This document shows, one piece after another, positions 62,391 to 64,000 of a stretch of 64,000 nucleotides of DNA. The stretch comes from Iphione sp. A-MEVVRFRX5. Taxonomy: Eukaryota. A program made the position numbers and the translations under genes. How positions within the stretch are numbered: the first letter of the stretch is position 1; each line of letters opens with the position of its first letter. Under the pieces are notes generated by a model. It was not told the origin of the DNA, ran no database searches, and saw only the letters and a program-made list of their open reading frames with translations. Location: NCBI GenBank assembly GCA_976226885.1, contig OZ320315.1:111600001-111664000 (forward strand), written 5' to 3'.

Positions 62391-62959
62391 GGGTTGTAAG
62401 GTGAGGGTCTCCCCTCCATACCTGATTTTGTACCTGTAATACTGGAGGGTCTGCATTTAGATTATAGACAAAATCAGTCTGTTCCAGACAATCGTGCCTG
62501 TAAAAGTGAGAGTACTATGGTGCTTGCATATACAAATTTTGCATGTCATGTCAGTAAATGTATAAATTAGCAGACATTTCCATTAGTCATGTTTGTTTTT
62601 TCTGCAAGTCTCATATGAAATGATGTTGTGATGTAAAAGAGATGGATGATGTTTTGCAACAGTCCGTTATCTGGCGGTAGGCAGTTGTAGGTGTGGTGTC
62701 AAATGAAAAATAAAATAAGAAAATGAAAGGAATTCATAAAGATGTTGCACATGTAACTTTTTTTATCAAGCAATAGATTCAACTGTGGGGTAAAAACTTA
62801 ATCCATTTTTATATAATGACCAGTAAATAGGGAGCGTAGGAAGCATCAATGAGATTATATATATAACTAGAATGTCTGTTTTTGTTAGTGTAAAGCTGAT
62901 GTTGTACATATGTATATTTAATTCAAAATATTACAACCAGTATTCATTGGACAATATCT

Positions 62960-64000
62960 AGTTTCAAATGTTCAGAACTTTATAAAATACCTAATAATAT
63001 TATTAGTATCTCATTCATGAAATCTAATCAGTGGTTGCCACTTTTTCTATTAGAGTCTTACAATCTGAAGGAGAACATGTCACTTGATTTTTCATGAAAA
63101 ATTTTAGGTAAAGGCAAATATGTATACCAAACTTTCAATGAAATATGACCTTCTAGTTTTCAAATCCACTAAAAACTGCAAAATTTAAAAACACTGCACT
63201 TCCTTCAATGAATAGAATATCCTACATACCTAAGAATATTATACAAGAGTTTTTTAACCGGACTTATCAAGGGGAATGTCCCCCCCAAAAATTGACAGAC
63301 TTAAGGACTATATATAGGTGGCAGTAGAATAGAGTATATGCTGCCCACCTGATAGGCTATCTCTATCTGCACCCAGTTGATTGTATTCTTCAAATTATGA
63401 CAGCACTTCATACAGAAATAATTTACATAATTAGCTTCCATGTTAGTGTTTCTTCCTGTAATCCGATTGCATTTATTTTTCATGAAAAATGCACCATATA
63501 AACATCTCATACAAGTAAATTTCTCTGACACAAAATGCAGACATCTTGTTGCTTGGTAATTTTAAGAATGAATTATGATAAAAAGCAATTATTCTAAGAC
63601 AATATATGAGAGGAATAAAGCTGATCCATTGCTCTGTTCAACTGATTTCAATGCATACTTCTTATGGACTAAAAGATTTTCTGAAATAATCTTCTGTAGC
63701 AAAACCAGCAACCTTATCAATGGTTGCCACCTAATACTTTAGGGTTTTACAGTCTAAAGGAGAACTTATCAATGACTATGCAATAATTCTTTTGTCAAAC
63801 TTTAGGTTGAGACAAATGATTTATGCAAAATGTTTAGTAAAACTTACCTTCCATACTTAAAGTATATGACAATGACTATGCAATAATTCTTTTGTCAAAC
63901 TATTGGTTGAGACAAATGATTTATGCAAAATGTTTAGTAAAACTTACCTTCTATCCTTAAAGTGTTTAAAAACCTTAAAATCTGGAAACATAGGTATGTA
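62960..64000 (+). pseudogene. Decayed LRR (TLR-like) gene, copy 3
   Basis: FKCSELYKIPNNI...SNQ and MNRISYIPKN (N.I..IP..F-type LRR) fragments with stops and frameshifts. Confidence 0.45.

Larger units (their letters stand above)
54684..64000. repeat. Segmental duplication unit, copy 3 (runs off the window)
   Basis: Collinear with copies 1 and 2. Confidence 0.9.

Overview
AT-rich eukaryotic (animal, probably marine invertebrate; inference) genomic DNA. The backbone is a tandem segmental duplication with three diverged copies (about <1-9170, 25816-52660 and 54684->64000). Each copy carries an intact EamA/DMT (SLC35G-like) transporter gene on the minus strand (4040-5053, 33484-34497, 59175-60197) and a decayed LRR-like gene on the plus strand. 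The copies are inflated by nested transposable elements: four CR1-group LINEs (called A, B, C, D here), older LINE fragments, an Ngaro-like tyrosine-recombinase retrotransposon, solo LTRs, a Merlin transposase remnant, a tRNA-derived SINE, a MITE and a Penelope-like fragment with a minimal hammerhead ribozyme. The main observation is the LINE architecture. Two distinct families (A and B) have a coiled-coil/RRM ORF1 in frame with a NADAR (YbiA-like) domain, then a separate SGNH-hydrolase ORF, a 0.7-1 kb spacer and APE-RT. C and D keep remnants of the SGNH ORF, and A, B and C share a 5'-terminal ATGGC...AGAYGTG promoter-like motif. All domain calls are from motif recognition by eye. No database search was possible, so novelty is unverified.
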